Shown here piece after piece: positions 13,128-25,432 of a DNA stretch of 64,000 nucleotides; position 1 is the stretch's first letter, and each line of letters begins with the position of its first letter. The position numbers were made by a program, and so were the translations under genes. This DNA is from Marsupella aquatica (lineage: Eukaryota; Plantae; Marchantiophyta): contig OZ316894.1 in NCBI GenBank assembly GCA_973895155.1, positions 21,671,867 to 21,735,866 on the forward strand. Direction: 5' to 3'. A model generated the notes under the pieces. It was not told the origin of the DNA and searched no databases. It saw only the letters and a program-made list of their open reading frames with translations.

Positions 13128-13525
13128 ATGGGTTCTTTGATGGCAGGCTGGTCCACTTCACCTGCTCATCTTGATAAAGCTATTAAGTGATCAAACTCGT
13201 TGTTGACAAAAGAGGTGGACAGATTCTGGCAAACGAAGCAACTCCTGATGGACGAAGCAAACAAAGATGCTGCTCTTTCCCCGAGAATGAGACTGGGAGG
13301 AGCGATGACGGAAACCAATGCACAACTGCAGAAAAAATTAGTCAAAGTTGGTATCAGCATGAGCTACCTGTAAGCAGTTCTGTAGCATGGTGGACCAAGA
13401 CAAAGTGGGCTTTCCTCAATGATCCTCCAGTGGCGCTCGACTTCATGCACTCTAAACACACTCCTCAGTTTGACGTTGCTACTTGCGGACAAGTGTGGGC
13501 AGAGCACCCACATCTTGCTTTCTAA
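13128..13525 (+). pseudogene. Disabled copy of a small plant protein family (N-term MGSLMAGW..., C-term WWT.. WAFLN.PP ... QFDVA), often mis-annotated 'DNA polymerase epsilon catalytic subunit A'
   Basis: ATG at 13128 reads MGSLMAGWSTSPAHLDKAIK*SNSLLTKEVDRFWQTK, with in-frame TGA at 13188. The conserved C-terminus AWWTKTKWAFLNDPP...PQFDVA is in a different frame (ORF 13187-13525). No intron is evident. Family assignment is from recalled motifs. Confidence 0.75.
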
Positions 13526-13759
13526 ACAAAGCATCGACAAGGCAGAAAAGGCAGATAAGGCAACCTCTCCAACCAGACAGGTCAACCGATGCCCTGAAAT
13601 ATATTAAGGTAGCGTACATATAGTTTTTACGACGTACTGTCCCAATCTCTCTAATCTGCTACATGCTTGATTGGGCACAGTGGAATTTGTACATGAAGTG
13701 TGGGTGTTCTTTCAAATCAAGCTAGCAATGTGGATTTATATTGGGGGTTTAGGCAGCCT

Positions 13760-14305
13760 TCATTTCAACGTGAGACCACAACACAAAGATGAATGATGTT
13801 CATTATTGGAAAGCGTACATAGTTATACCCATCCACATCTTATGCTAATCTCTGTTTGATTTGGAGCTCTATCTTTGAAGCAATCCTATATCAGTTACTT
13901 GATAGATTGTAGTCCGATTACAATAGACCAGTAGGGTAACCTTCAATTCACGTGAGAACGTGACCACAAGGCACAGACGACGTTCATCGTAGAAAGCGTA
14001 CATAGTGTACATAAAATCTTGGAGCTCTATCTGTGAAGCAGTCCTATATCACTTACATGATAGATCGTAGTCTGATTACAATACACCAGCAGGGTAACCT
14101 TCAATTCAACATGAGACCATAACACACAGATGACGTTCATCATTAGAAAACCTACCTTGATCAATATAGTTGCCTTGCCTCAACATATTTTCCATTAGAA
14201 AGCTTACATAGTGTGCAAAACATCTTGGCAGGAGCTCTATCTTTGAAGGAGTCCTATACCAGTTACTTGATAGATCATGGTAGTTTGATTATAGAGTAGA
14301 CCAGT
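13760..14305. repeat. Tandem repeat, ~170-210-bp unit x3
   Basis: AAAGCGTACATAG...TTGGAGCTCTATCTTTGAAGCAATCCTATATCAGTTACTTGATAGAT...AGGGTAACCTTCAATTCA is repeated. Confidence 0.8.
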
Positions 14306-15081
14306 TCCATTTCCATATGGGAACGCGCAGCACCTAATTATCTCAAGCATTTGATTAGATTTTGTCAATGGTACGTGTGAGCTCTTGCAATGACGTCAGT
14401 TGCACTTGCGACCTAGACTTTTACCTTAGTTTTATTACTGCTATTGCATAGTTGGCAAAAAGTTGAGTCCCGCAAGAACTAGTCCTACACTACTCGCTAG
14501 TAACACTAGCTGTGGAAATCAGCTCAAATTATTTGTGTGGGACAATTGATCCCATGACTAGGGTACATACTCACATTTGTGCATCTTACTATTAAATCAT
14601 GATGTGAATACCCCCGCTTAGATTACTTTGAAGGCCTACGTCTAGACTGGAGCCCATAGACCGTCACTTAACTAAGGGGCAATAATCAGATTAGGGGTGC
14701 GGGTGAAAAACAAGGATGGGGTGAAGTAGTGCTGGGAATGGTGCACCACATTTGAAAATAGGACCACCTATGAAGAGAGTCGATGGATTAGGGAGCCCCC
14801 TGTGAAGAGGTCAGCTGTTGTCATTGAGGGTAGAGAGCTATCATGAAACTGCCAGCTCTTCTTCAATTAGTTGAAGAAACTTTGGTCAGATGTTGTCATC
14901 AAGGGTTGACAACTTTTTTATCCTTGCCTCTATTCATGTTCAAAGGGTGGGTAGTCTGGCTAGTGTGAAAATTGCGTCTTTGAAACGTTTTTGGAAACAT
15001 GAATGTGGAAAGGCATTTTCGCTGAAATTTATCAATAAGAGCTTATTTGGAATTTTTCTAATTTTTTTTGGAGCAAAAGAT

Positions 15082-16012
15082 GACGCTTTATGAAGCGTCC
15101 ACTCTATTCTGACGCTTTATGACGCATCCGCCTATAGCTACTCTATTTCAAGCAATTCTGAAATGAAAATAGGCTCGACGCTTTGAGAAGCGTCCGTCCG
15201 TGTTTGATGGCAACGGAAGATGACGCTTTCTGAAGTATCCATCTTGACCTGGACGCTTTCTGAAGCGTCTATTACGAAGACGCCACCGAATACTGGACGC
15301 CTCGTGAAGCGTCCACATGAGCACTCAGAGAAGACAAGCAAAAGATGACGCTTCGTGAAATGTCCACTTCCCCAAAATGACCTCGACCCCGACACTTCAT
15401 GAATCATCCATCACCAAGACGTTGACACTCAGGTTTTTCGGACGCTTTGAGAAGAGTCCGCCTAAGTTACACTAAGTTTACCAAACGCCTTGAGAAGCGT
15501 CCATCCGTGTTCAAAGAGAAGAAGCGACGCTTTGCGAAGCGTCCCAATAACGACACCTGATAGAAGTATCCGACGCCCATGTACTGACACTTTTTGAAAA
15601 GCGCCCATTTCAATAGCGCCCACCCGAAGGTCGGGAGACGGACGCTGCTACCAAAACATCATATTTCAGCCGACATCTCGTTAAGCGTCCACAAAGTTCT
15701 TTGTAGTTCTGGACACTTTGGAAAGCGCCCACCCAAGTCCCGACACTTAGAAGAAATTTCAGTTTTTCACTTTATATCACACTGCAACACTTTTACCAAT
15801 TTATTTGAAGCACTTTGAGGTCGTAGAAAAATCTGAAACTTTGCCAGCATATAGACTATATTTAATAAAGTGCCCTGAAAAAGTTTTACCTCATTCAGAC
15901 TTTTAGTTTAGAAGTTAAAATTTTGACAAAGCCACTGTTTATTAGTTTTAGCAAAAACACTGACGCTTTGCAAAGCGTCCGCCCCAAAACATTGACGCTT
16001 CGTGAAGCATCC
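15082..16012. repeat. Array of ~15 imperfect 18-bp palindromes GACGCTT-N4-AAGCGTC with non-repeated spacers
   Basis: Copies near 15082, 15111, 15177, 15222, 15252, 15296, 15347, 15391, 15441, 15484, 15526, 15586, 15712, 15962 and 15994. Confidence 0.85.
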
Positions 16013-19000
16013 ACTGCATTTCCAACACTTTACTTTCTTCATATTTGCTAAGCTTACCTTTTAGATATTTGAGGTTTGAAAATTCATGCCTCTTTAGTTC
16101 CTTTTTTGTGGTAGAATTCTACACCTATAAGACCCCTAAGTTTACCAGTATTTTGGGGGACAAAACTTTATTCAGTAATCAGAGTTCTGAATAGTTTTCC
16201 ACCTTCCATTTTAACAAGAATGTCTTGTATGGAAGGAAAGCATATGTTATCATTTGTGAATGAATTCAGGAGATTCCATTTTGTGACTGAATTTTAATCA
16301 CAAACCTTTGAGATTCTCATTGAATTCACTGCTAGGCTTACTTGCGGAGGCAAGAATTGTTAGCTCATCCAAGAATAGATGATTGCATTTAAGGAGAAAA
16401 ATTTCATCTTCAGAGTATCAGAGTATCGTTGTTTTACTTTGGCATATGTATTAGAGTTTGATTTGAATTGCGTATTGCTGACAATCAAACCATGTTGACT
16501 ACATTTTAATATATATCTCAGTGAAACCAACCAGAAATGTACTGTGGGTTTGGTGAGCAAGGAAATCCTTTTATCACACATCTCTATGAATCCAGAAGGA
16601 AAGAGAGAATCTAACTTGATAGTTTTATTCGTGCATATATTAAGACCATAGTCCTTTCTGAAGGAGTGGCAATAGCAAATTTCTATTCTCAAATTTAATC
16701 CTGCATATAATAAGACCATATATTAAGATCAAATTCTATTCTCAAATTTGACTTCCTTTTGATTGCATAACTCAAAAGTTATATTTTCCTGTGTTTTGTT
16801 AATTTTATCTTTTGTATGAGATTGAAAGTTTTAGAGCAAGAGCTCTAAACTACTCAAATTGGTTAATTCATTCAATCTATTTCCAATTTGTTCTTAAAGG
16901 GACCGAATCCGGGGTTTATAAAGATATATAATTGTTACTTTGTGTTCTTTTGGCTATACGACAATGTATTCTTTTACTATAGCATAGACAAGCATACATT
17001 ACATTAATCATCAAAAACTAGAATATTGAGTTATGACATTTTTTGAAGTGGTCGTCATTCAAAATACACCTTTTTTTGTGCCAAGGGAAATAACTCAAAT
17101 AAGAAAAGCAAAGAAAAGGAGTAATAAAAATAACCACACGTTAATTCTACGTCACAAGTTAATGCTCCCCACTTTCCCGGGGCCCCATACCCTGCCCGTC
17201 CCAATCCCCGATGCTGTTGCCAGCTCCGGCCCAAGTTTGCCAAAACAGAAACCAATACTTTACCATTTTGTCACGTGCTTTGGCCCGATCAACTTTGTTC
17301 CATCAACTTCGGGTTTATGTTTTGCAACTGTTCACCTTTTGTAACACACCTTATATTATGAGGTGATTCAAGATAACATTAGCTAGCCCAGATCGAGAAA
17401 ACAAGAGCTTACATAATTAGGGAATAGCTGGACAATTGAAAGACGGGGAAACATTGGACCAACAATGGCAATTCAGGCACATAAGGTACAGATTCTCACT
17501 TGCTCTAATGACATTCAAATAAAGCAAAAATTGTATAAATAAGGTATAAAAGTACTCCCTTGCCTTAGGTAATGACAAGAAAAACCATAAGCTTAGCAAA
17601 AACAATTCTGAGGACTACTTAAAGCAGGAGAAGTCCACACCTCAAAGATTCAATCTCTCTTTCATTCACTAGAATTGGTAGAAAAATTCCATAAAATTTG
17701 CTAAGGGTGGTGAATGCACCATATTGAAAACTAAATGCAGTGGGCAATGAGAGCCCTAGGATAGGAAAATAAAAAAACATTTAGAGGGGTGCCAAAGTAA
17801 TCTAAAGTCTAAATTATACAAGTGGTGCACCTTGTTAAGGCAAATCAAAATAACATATATGACACAAATTCTTAGTAAGACCGAACATTGGAAAGTGGAT
17901 TGGCCACATAGTAGTGTCAAAATTTAGCTCTTGATGTGGCACTTTTGCTCTTTGGCTACAAGACAACAGAACAAAAGACAAAAGAACAAAAGTGCTCAAC
18001 GATGGGAGAGAATCCCAAAGGCCAAACTAAGGACCAATAATTAAGACGTCACAACCCTGGGAGGACCAATTCAAAGAACATGATTCACGATTGACTTAAT
18101 TAATTGATTGGTCCACACAATTTCAACACATGATGTTTGTCCTGACTGGGGTTGGAACAGAAATAACCTTGATTTTTCTTAGCCTAAGGTGGAGGGAACC
18201 GCCAGTGAGAGAATGAGGGTTGTCTTGCATCTAAGATATATGGCTCAGAAACCCTGATCTGAGAGGTGCATGCATCTCTTCAAAGTGGATCAGGGTTTTG
18301 CCTTGTATTTTCAGGAGACCAGGAAAAACAATCAGAATGAAGCTGTCTTGAATTATGAGCAGTGCCACATTCAAATATTCTCCAATGATAGTCAAACCCA
18401 TGAACACATCTCAGGAACATGACTTTGTGAGATCATGATTTTGAAGCACCCAAATTAAATGACATTTGGCCAAAAATGCCCCAATGCAGCCTTTGCATTG
18501 TTGGCAAATTTTTCCAGATATTAATCCATTATGTCAAGTAGTTAGCTGATTTGCACACAAAATAAAAATCACTATGGATTCATGTGGCATGGGCGTTGAA
18601 GAGTCTTAAATGGAACAAAGATTCATGACTCTTCACTCAACCAATCAAAAAAAGAAAAATAATAGTCAATGTTGGAACCAAAATTGAGTTTTTTTAAATG
18701 GTCAGCCCTCCCTCCTCTTTGGAATCTTTTGGGATATATCTCAAAAGATCAAACTACCCAGTTCTCATCTCTCACATATCTCTGGCAGAAAAGTACCTCT
18801 TGTGCCACATATTTACTGGTCCCCCAAATCATTTTAATTAAAAAAAACAAGGCAACTAGTCTCATGGATGGACCATATTTCCATAAAAACGCCTGTAACT
18901 TCAATAACCTGAGAGTTTATGGATGACCCTGGGTAATCGCAAGGGTCCCTTCTGAGGTCGTTTTGTTCGTCTCTTCCAGCCTTGGCCTCGTGCTCCCACT

Positions 19001-19999
19001 GTCCATATCTTTCTGTCCTATCTTTCTGTCCATATCTTTCTGGTTATGAGGTGCATGCACCTGGGGCAGTCCAGCGGTCCATCTGGACAGAAACGAGCTC
19101 CTTGTGCATGATTGCTCCAGACCGACTCACTGGCTTCGATAGACATTGCAAATTCAGCTTTTCTGTTTTGTCATTTTTCAGGTTAGGGGTGAACAAGATC
19201 GCAAGACAGAATGGCGGAGGAAAGGAGGGCAGGGAAGATATTTCTTGAGAGAATGTAGGGAAGGAGGGTTATTTATTGCCAAGATTCCAGCGCAATGGAG
19301 TTTTATCAGGATAATTATTGAATTCTTTTTGTTTTGTCATTCCCATGAGTCTGGGTTCAAATCTGGACGGTGAGAAGGAATGGTAGAAGGGAGAAGGGCG
19401 GAGAAGGCAGCCTCCAAAACCCTGTCAAAATACAAAGAAAACCAAGAAGTGGATGAATTATTGGGCAGAGTTAATGATAGCATACGGGACACAACAAATC
19501 ACTCAGGCTGACAAGATGCTGGGATGGACCATAAGTTTAATTTATATGAATCACCTGAACTATAAGTTGTTACTCAGGTAGCCCTTTTCTTCTGTATAAA
19601 TACTCACTGTTTTGGGTGTCAAGAAACACTTGGTTCATTGGAGTTTTAATGTCAAATGTTGGTCCATTTGAGCGTGACTTCACAATTGACTGCAGCAATT
19701 TTCATGGATTATAGGAACCGGTAATCTTTTTTGCCATGGAAGTGACAATACATTAGTATATTATGCCCAGGCATGCTAGTCCATATTGTTTTGGTAACAG
19801 AATATTAATAAATTTGAATCACTGTCTATTAATAAATTTAATTCTTGCCATTTTTTATATTCTTTGTCCTTTTATTCACACGTGAAGACAAACTTGGAAC
19901 ATAAGTAGTAAGTTTTACCAAAAGACAAGTATGAGGACAAGAAGAGAGAGCAACTCACAAAAGGAAGATAAGCCCCATGGACCAAGAGATCGCTGTGTA

Positions 20000-21830
20000 G
20001 AAACGGGATAGGTTGGTACTGTCAGACAGAATTAGCCTATGTGGTAGAGAAATTGGCATATGATGGGTGTGTACCAGAGGTCATTAGGTGCATTGGGTGG
20101 AGTCTAACTATGGTCATACCCAGGTGTCCAAGGAGGGCAAACGAGGCCCTGGCGAGGCCACAATGGGCTCAGCTTTTGTGACCAAAGCTTTCTGGTCACA
20201 AACGTACTTAGTTATGGTTTGCTGTGGTCTTAAAATGAATATAGTGTGAACCATATGTTGAGGTTGAGGTTATGAGGGAGCATGGTGAGCTTGAAGTTGG
20301 AGTAGAGCTGCCAGTGACTTAGAGCATCTTCAAAGGCTACTATGTTTGCTTACTGTACCCAATCTGACTATGCTCACTCTGGTTTTAAGTAGCGGTTATG
20401 GTAAAATGAAACTCAACGCCAAACATTACTTGATGACTTTTCTCCAACAGAATTGAGAACGGACTGTCTAGGAATCTGCTTCACCCCAATGTAGGATAAT
20501 TATGACTTTTAGCAATTTAGGTACTAGGTTTGGTCAACATCCACTTACAATATGGCTTTCTAGTAAGGGTCTCAGATGTCCTTAGAGTGAACCACATCCC
20601 CAAAGCCCTTCTGGCAATTTCAGCCTCCATTGAAATCCAGAGGAGATCAACTAAGAGGCCTGACACAACACACCATGGATCTATGCTTCAATAGCAGTCT
20701 ATTCACCCCAGTTACATTACATATAACTATATTATTGTGTCTGTAGAGTGTTCTGTATGCTGATAGATAGTATGTGAGAATTAGTGGGATAAAGTTCAAC
20801 TACATGAGTATCTGTGTCTGGTTTAGAGGTGTCAACCAAGGCCCTTAGCTTTGCAGCGGCAGTGTTAGAGAATCTCCAACCCTACTGGTTTTGGTTATTG
20901 GAATGGGGCATTAACCAAACCCAGTATACAGGTTGAAAAAACTCAGATTGCAAAAACTCTGATCCAACCTGGTCACTCTAATGCTATCAGATTTTCCACT
21001 CACTAGGGTTTTTTTAGTTATTGGATCTGTATATGGAAGACAATATACACTACCCAACTTTCAATTGGGTACATTATTATAGTCACCAGTTGCTGATTTC
21101 TAGTTTATAGGAAAATTATCCAGTTATCTTAGGGTTGGGACCAGCGATACCCTTAGTAGCGTTACTTTAAGTGGCAAAAACGTGTAGCCAGTTTTCCAAA
21201 AATTGGCTAGATTTTCTATACTCTATTAGACAGTTCTCCACCTAGCCACTGACCCCGTAAGTTAGGATCTAACGCTTATCCTCAAATCAAGGGGTCAGAA
21301 AATAGTCTAGAAACCTAGTTAAAGAGTATTTCTAGCATCTGCTCCTTCACACTTAATTAAAAAACTAATACTTAGGCTCCATCTCCATTAACTAAAAAAA
21401 GGCACAAAAGCTGACAGACTTGTATTTACTCACTACAACCAAAACCAAGTACTCTTGGATATGCTCTTAGAGATAGAATTGGCACTTTCACCACAAGCTC
21501 TGAGCAGAGTCCACAAGCTATGAGCGAATAGTCCTCAGACGCTTTCTCTAGGTGTCCAGAGAGCTGCCAGTCCGTCGGATTCTTGACCCCTCGCCCCGAT
21601 CCGACGGCCCCGATCCGACGGCCCCGATTGGCCCGGCACTAGTCCGAGTCGCTTCCTGCTTTCCGATCCGTCAGATTCTCGACAGATTGGCTCCAGCAGA
21701 CGGCCCCGATTGGCTCCGCACTGGGCATGCTGCTTCCTGCTCAGCCCTGGGGGGGTAGAATTTCCTCCTCTCGTTCCCCTCTCTTCGCTTTCGTCTCTCC
21801 TCTCCACTCCTGTCCTTTCCTGTCCTCCGA
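20000..21830 (-). mobile_element. Possible highly decayed LINE 5' region / ORF1 relic
   Basis: The minus strand near 20450-20660 reads PLDF...FGDVVH...VDVDQ with many stops, weakly reminiscent of plant LINE ORF1. A GC- and purine-rich leader-like stretch lies at 21550-21830. Boundaries are uncertain. Confidence 0.25.
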
Positions 21831-22244
21831 CCCGAAGTCAATTCAATGCAGGACGAAGGAGGAGATGGCCGCCGGTCGAAAAAATTGGAAAGTGGGAGTC
21901 ACCACTCACCATAGCAGCTACGAAGGCTGTGATCCGGTCGATTTTTGGTCGCAGATGAGTCACTTCGCGTGTAGAGTGGTGTCTCGAATGAATTTCAGTA
22001 TGAGTAGCACTGTTGTCCTGGCTGCTGCCGGTTGATGATGAATCGATGACGCAATTCTTGTCCCGTCGTCTGCGGCTGTGGCTGCAGCCATGGCTAGACC
22101 CAGTACTTAAACGAGTCAGGACTCCACCGCAACGTTGAGGAGTGGCAGAGGGTGGACGGGAGAGTGAAAGAAGAGAGAGTTGGAAAGTCCTCCAATCATT
22201 TGCTGCGAAGAAACTCCCTACATAACTTTTCAATTGTCTGGGTG

Positions 22245-22300
22245 GAGAGAGAGAGAGAGAGATCGCTGAGATAATTGTGTGTAATTTCGTTTCGTATATA
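22245..22300 (+). promoter_or_regulatory. Putative EIN3 core promoter: (GA)n tract followed by a TATA-like box
   Basis: GAGAGAGAGAGAGAGA at ~22245-22262 and TATATA at 22295-22300, ~1.2 kb upstream of the ATG. A likely 5'UTR intron ends at CTCCAG 23495. Confidence 0.4.
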
Positions 22301-23515
22301 GGAAGTTGGAGAGTGAGCAATTTGGAAAGCATCCGAATGAGCCCCGACTCCGCTATACACTCTGTGTTGGAGAAGAGAGGGAGGAAGGAGATCGGGCCCG
22401 TCGTAAGTGACGGCAGAGAGACGGGGGTGCAACTTGGAAAGCTGAATAAGAAAAAAAAGAAGGCGTAAAGTGGCTGATCTACTGTAAGCACGTAGAAGAA
22501 CAAACCGCAGCAGGATTAATCCAGAAGAGGCGGTCCATGCCAGAGCGAGAGGAATTAGGTTTCCCTAGAGAAACTGTAGACAATCGCAATTCGGAGAGTA
22601 GAAGGGGAGGTTGGGGGAAACTACGCTCTCTCTGAAGTGGGACGAAAACGGATGTTGCCTTAGTCTCTTTGCACAAGAACTATAGTGGTCTCTGGTGCCG
22701 ATTGGTCAGTCCGATCATCCTTTCAAACGAGATGGGGGTGAGCGAGTAGGTATTGCAGTAGTAAAATACTGTGGAGTCAACTTTAGGTTTGTGATGGACC
22801 TCGTTGCACCCGGAATTGAGTGGAATTGAGGACTCATGTAGGCTACTGAGGCAGTTGACTTTAGGTTTTCATATTGAAGATCTGCGATGCTTGAGATAAT
22901 CGTTTAGCAGAGTTGTGATCGCAGACTTCATTACTGTTGCCAATTTTAACGTTATGGAGGAGAAGAAGAATTTGACTTAAGCATTCCACAAACAGAGAGT
23001 GTGTTTGTTTATTGTTTTTGTTGCCCTATGGGCTGCAGTGCAGAGACGAAAAAGCTTCTGTTGGATGACGTGGATAATTCTGCCGGTGGCAGGAGCAGCA
23101 GTTTGAAATTGGAGCAGAATTGTTCATCCAGGACCAAGGCGAGACTACATTTGTCTCTGAACTACATTTCCCTTTCTTGAGAATGGGTCATGGCGCTGTT
23201 AAGCGAAGAGAAGGCAAGGGCCTTTGACTGGCGGAAGCGGGTGAGCAAGGCTCGAATTTTGTTTCACTCGCGCACGAGAAGCAGGGCACATTAGAGCCCT
23301 AAACTCCCATAAGTGAGCTGCGATTACTCTTCTCTTCTGCGGATTTGAAATGACAATGTTGTCCTACCCCTATTCGGTATGAGCAGTGGGGAACACCCGC
23401 CCCACTCAATGCACTCACGTTTTGTTCAGCACGGTCGCTGAATTGTGACCGTGTGGATTTTTATTTGGTCTTCATTGGTGAATAGTCTCCTCCAGGAAGA
23501 CGGCAGGGCCTGCCG

Positions 23516-25432
23516 ATGGATAACGACAGGGAGCTCGATTATAGAAATAGCATGGATATAGATGATTTCACTGTTGACATGGAAGGGGATGGAATGCAAG
23601 AGTATGAGCTCAGCGATGAGGACATCGATGAGCTGGAAAAGCGCATGGTTAGGGACCGCTTGAAGCTGAAGCGGATGAAGGATCAACAAAAGAACAGAGA
23701 CCTGCGTGATAAGCCGAGGCATAAGCAGTCGGTGGATCAGGCCCGGCGAAAGAAGATGTCAAGGGCACAGGACGGCATTCTCAAGTACATGCTAAAAATG
23801 ATGGAAGTGTGCAAAGCTCAAGGCTTCGTTTACGGCATCATCCCAGAGAAAGGAAAGCCTGTGAGTGGGTCTTCGGACAACATTCGTGCTTGGTGGAAGG
23901 ACAAGGTTCGATTTGATAGGAATGGGCCCTTGGCCGTTGCCAAGTATCAGGCTGAGCATGGACTGTCTCCTCAGCCGGAGGGGAACAACACTCCATCTCT
24001 AACTCCGCACACTCTACAAGAACTTCAGGACACCACTCTGGGCTCGCTACTATCCGCTTTAATGCAACACTGTACCCCACCCCAGCGGCGTTTTCCTCTG
24101 GAGAAGGGAACACCACCACCGTGGTGGCCATCTGGACAAGAGGATTGGTGGTCACAAATAGGCTCACCGAAAGAGCAAGGACCGCCTCCTTACAAGAAGC
24201 CTCATGATTTAAAGAAGGCCTGGAAAGTTGGTGTCCTCACTTCTGTTATTAAGCATATGTCTCCCGACGTAGGGAAAATTAGAAAACTGGTAAGGCAATC
24301 AAAATGCTTGCAGGATAAGATGACCGCCAAGGAGAGTGCAACTTGGCTCTCTGTGTTGAACCAGGAGGAGGTATTGGCACGGCAGCAGCAGGAGAAGGGA
24401 GTGGTAAGCAGCAGCACACCTAACACCGGTGGATTCCCAAGGCTTGAAGTGAGCAGTGCGAACGAATATGACGTTGATAATTGTGGCGATTCTCTTTCAC
24501 CAAGTGATGAGACTACCGAGGATTTTGAACCCTATCAGCCCAACAACGAACCGTCAAGCTATGCAACGAGAATGGGGGAGAAAGAGCAGCCTGAGGTGGG
24601 GTCCGCCGCAGTACAAGATGGAGATTTAATGGAAAGGTGGCCGAGAAAGAGATCGTTTGGGCAAGCCTTTGCACAGGAACAACTTGTTGTGTTCAAGTGC
24701 ATGTTTGAGAGTTGCCCCCACGGGGATTGGAGGACTTCATTCTCAACCAAAGACGAAAGGGATGTTCATCAGCTGAATTGCCCTTTCAGGTCCGACGCTC
24801 AGTCAGCACCTTTGTTCAGAACACATTCTGGTGGCCATACTCAGCAGAGTCCCCATACGCCTGCAACAATTTATGCAACGACCATTCTGCCTTTAGCTCA
24901 GGCACTCCCTTCAGCTCAGGCACCTGGAGTTCCCACTGATGGGGAGTTGCTAGTACAGGGCGGACCTGCTACGTACATTCCTGACCCGTTTCCGCCACAA
25001 GAGCCAAGACCTCAACAACCTCTGGCCCGGGATCCGTCGTTGTCATGGAGATATGCCTTGCCCTCGGAGAACCACAGCTTAAGTGTGTCTCGTCTCAATG
25101 AAGATGAGCAACAAGGAATTAGAAGCAAGGACATGAGATTGCCTTCTCACGAGGAACATGGGCCTGATCCTGCTTCAGGAGAAAACATGTTCTTTGGACA
25201 GGGTTTAGGTGATGGAAGTGTTGTTGACCCCAATGGAGTAGGAGGAATCGTTGAGAGCCACAAGGGTGGTGAGCTGGAGCACAGTTTTGCACCTGATGTT
25301 ACTACTGATTTTGAGTTGGGATTGGAGCACTATAATCATGAATTTGTGATGCCCTTGGGCATGACCAGTCTAACTCCACTACACGACATAGACTTCGGCC
25401 CTGAGCCAGACAACTGGTACTTTGGGGCTTAG
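23516..25432 (+). CDS. EIN3: ETHYLENE INSENSITIVE 3 / EIL transcription factor, 638 aa, intronless CDS
   Basis: Contains [125 protein letters not shown], and the C-terminal C..CPH...R..HQ..CPFR region. Confidence 0.98.
   Translation: MDNDRELDYRNSMDIDDFTVDMEGDGMQEYELSDEDIDELEKRMVRDRLKLKRMKDQQKNRDLRDKPRHKQSVDQARRKKMSRAQDGILKYMLKMMEVCKAQGFVYGIIPEKGKPVSGSSDNIRAWWKDKVRFDRNGPLAVAKYQAEHGLSPQPEGNNTPSLTPHTLQELQDTTLGSLLSALMQHCTPPQRRFPLEKGTPPPWWPSGQEDWWSQIGSPKEQGPPPYKKPHDLKKAWKVGVLTSVIKHMSPDVGKIRKLVRQSKCLQDKMTAKESATWLSVLNQEEVLARQQQEKGVVSSSTPNTGGFPRLEVSSANEYDVDNCGDSLSPSDETTEDFEPYQPNNEPSSYATRMGEKEQPEVGSAAVQDGDLMERWPRKRSFGQAFAQEQLVVFKCMFESCPHGDWRTSFSTKDERDVHQLNCPFRSDAQSAPLFRTHSGGHTQQSPHTPATIYATTILPLAQALPSAQAPGVPTDGELLVQGGPATYIPDPFPPQEPRPQQPLARDPSLSWRYALPSENHSLSVSRLNEDEQQGIRSKDMRLPSHEEHGPDPASGENMFFGQGLGDGSVVDPNGVGGIVESHKGGELEHSFAPDVTTDFELGLEHYNHEFVMPLGMTSLTPLHDIDFGPEPDNWYFGA

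Noticed and set aside
13188-13190. Stop-codon readthrough or U-to-C editing rescuing the small gene
   Set aside because: A frameshift is also required, and such editing is organellar. CpG deamination in a pseudogene is simpler.
15082-16012. CRISPR array
   Set aside because: The repeats are only 18 bp and degenerate, spacer lengths vary widely, there are no cas genes, and the context is plant nuclear DNA.
21838-22503. 221-aa minus-strand ORF near the EIN3 promoter
   Set aside because: Low-complexity antisense translation of a purine-rich leader, with a non-ATG start and no recognisable motif.
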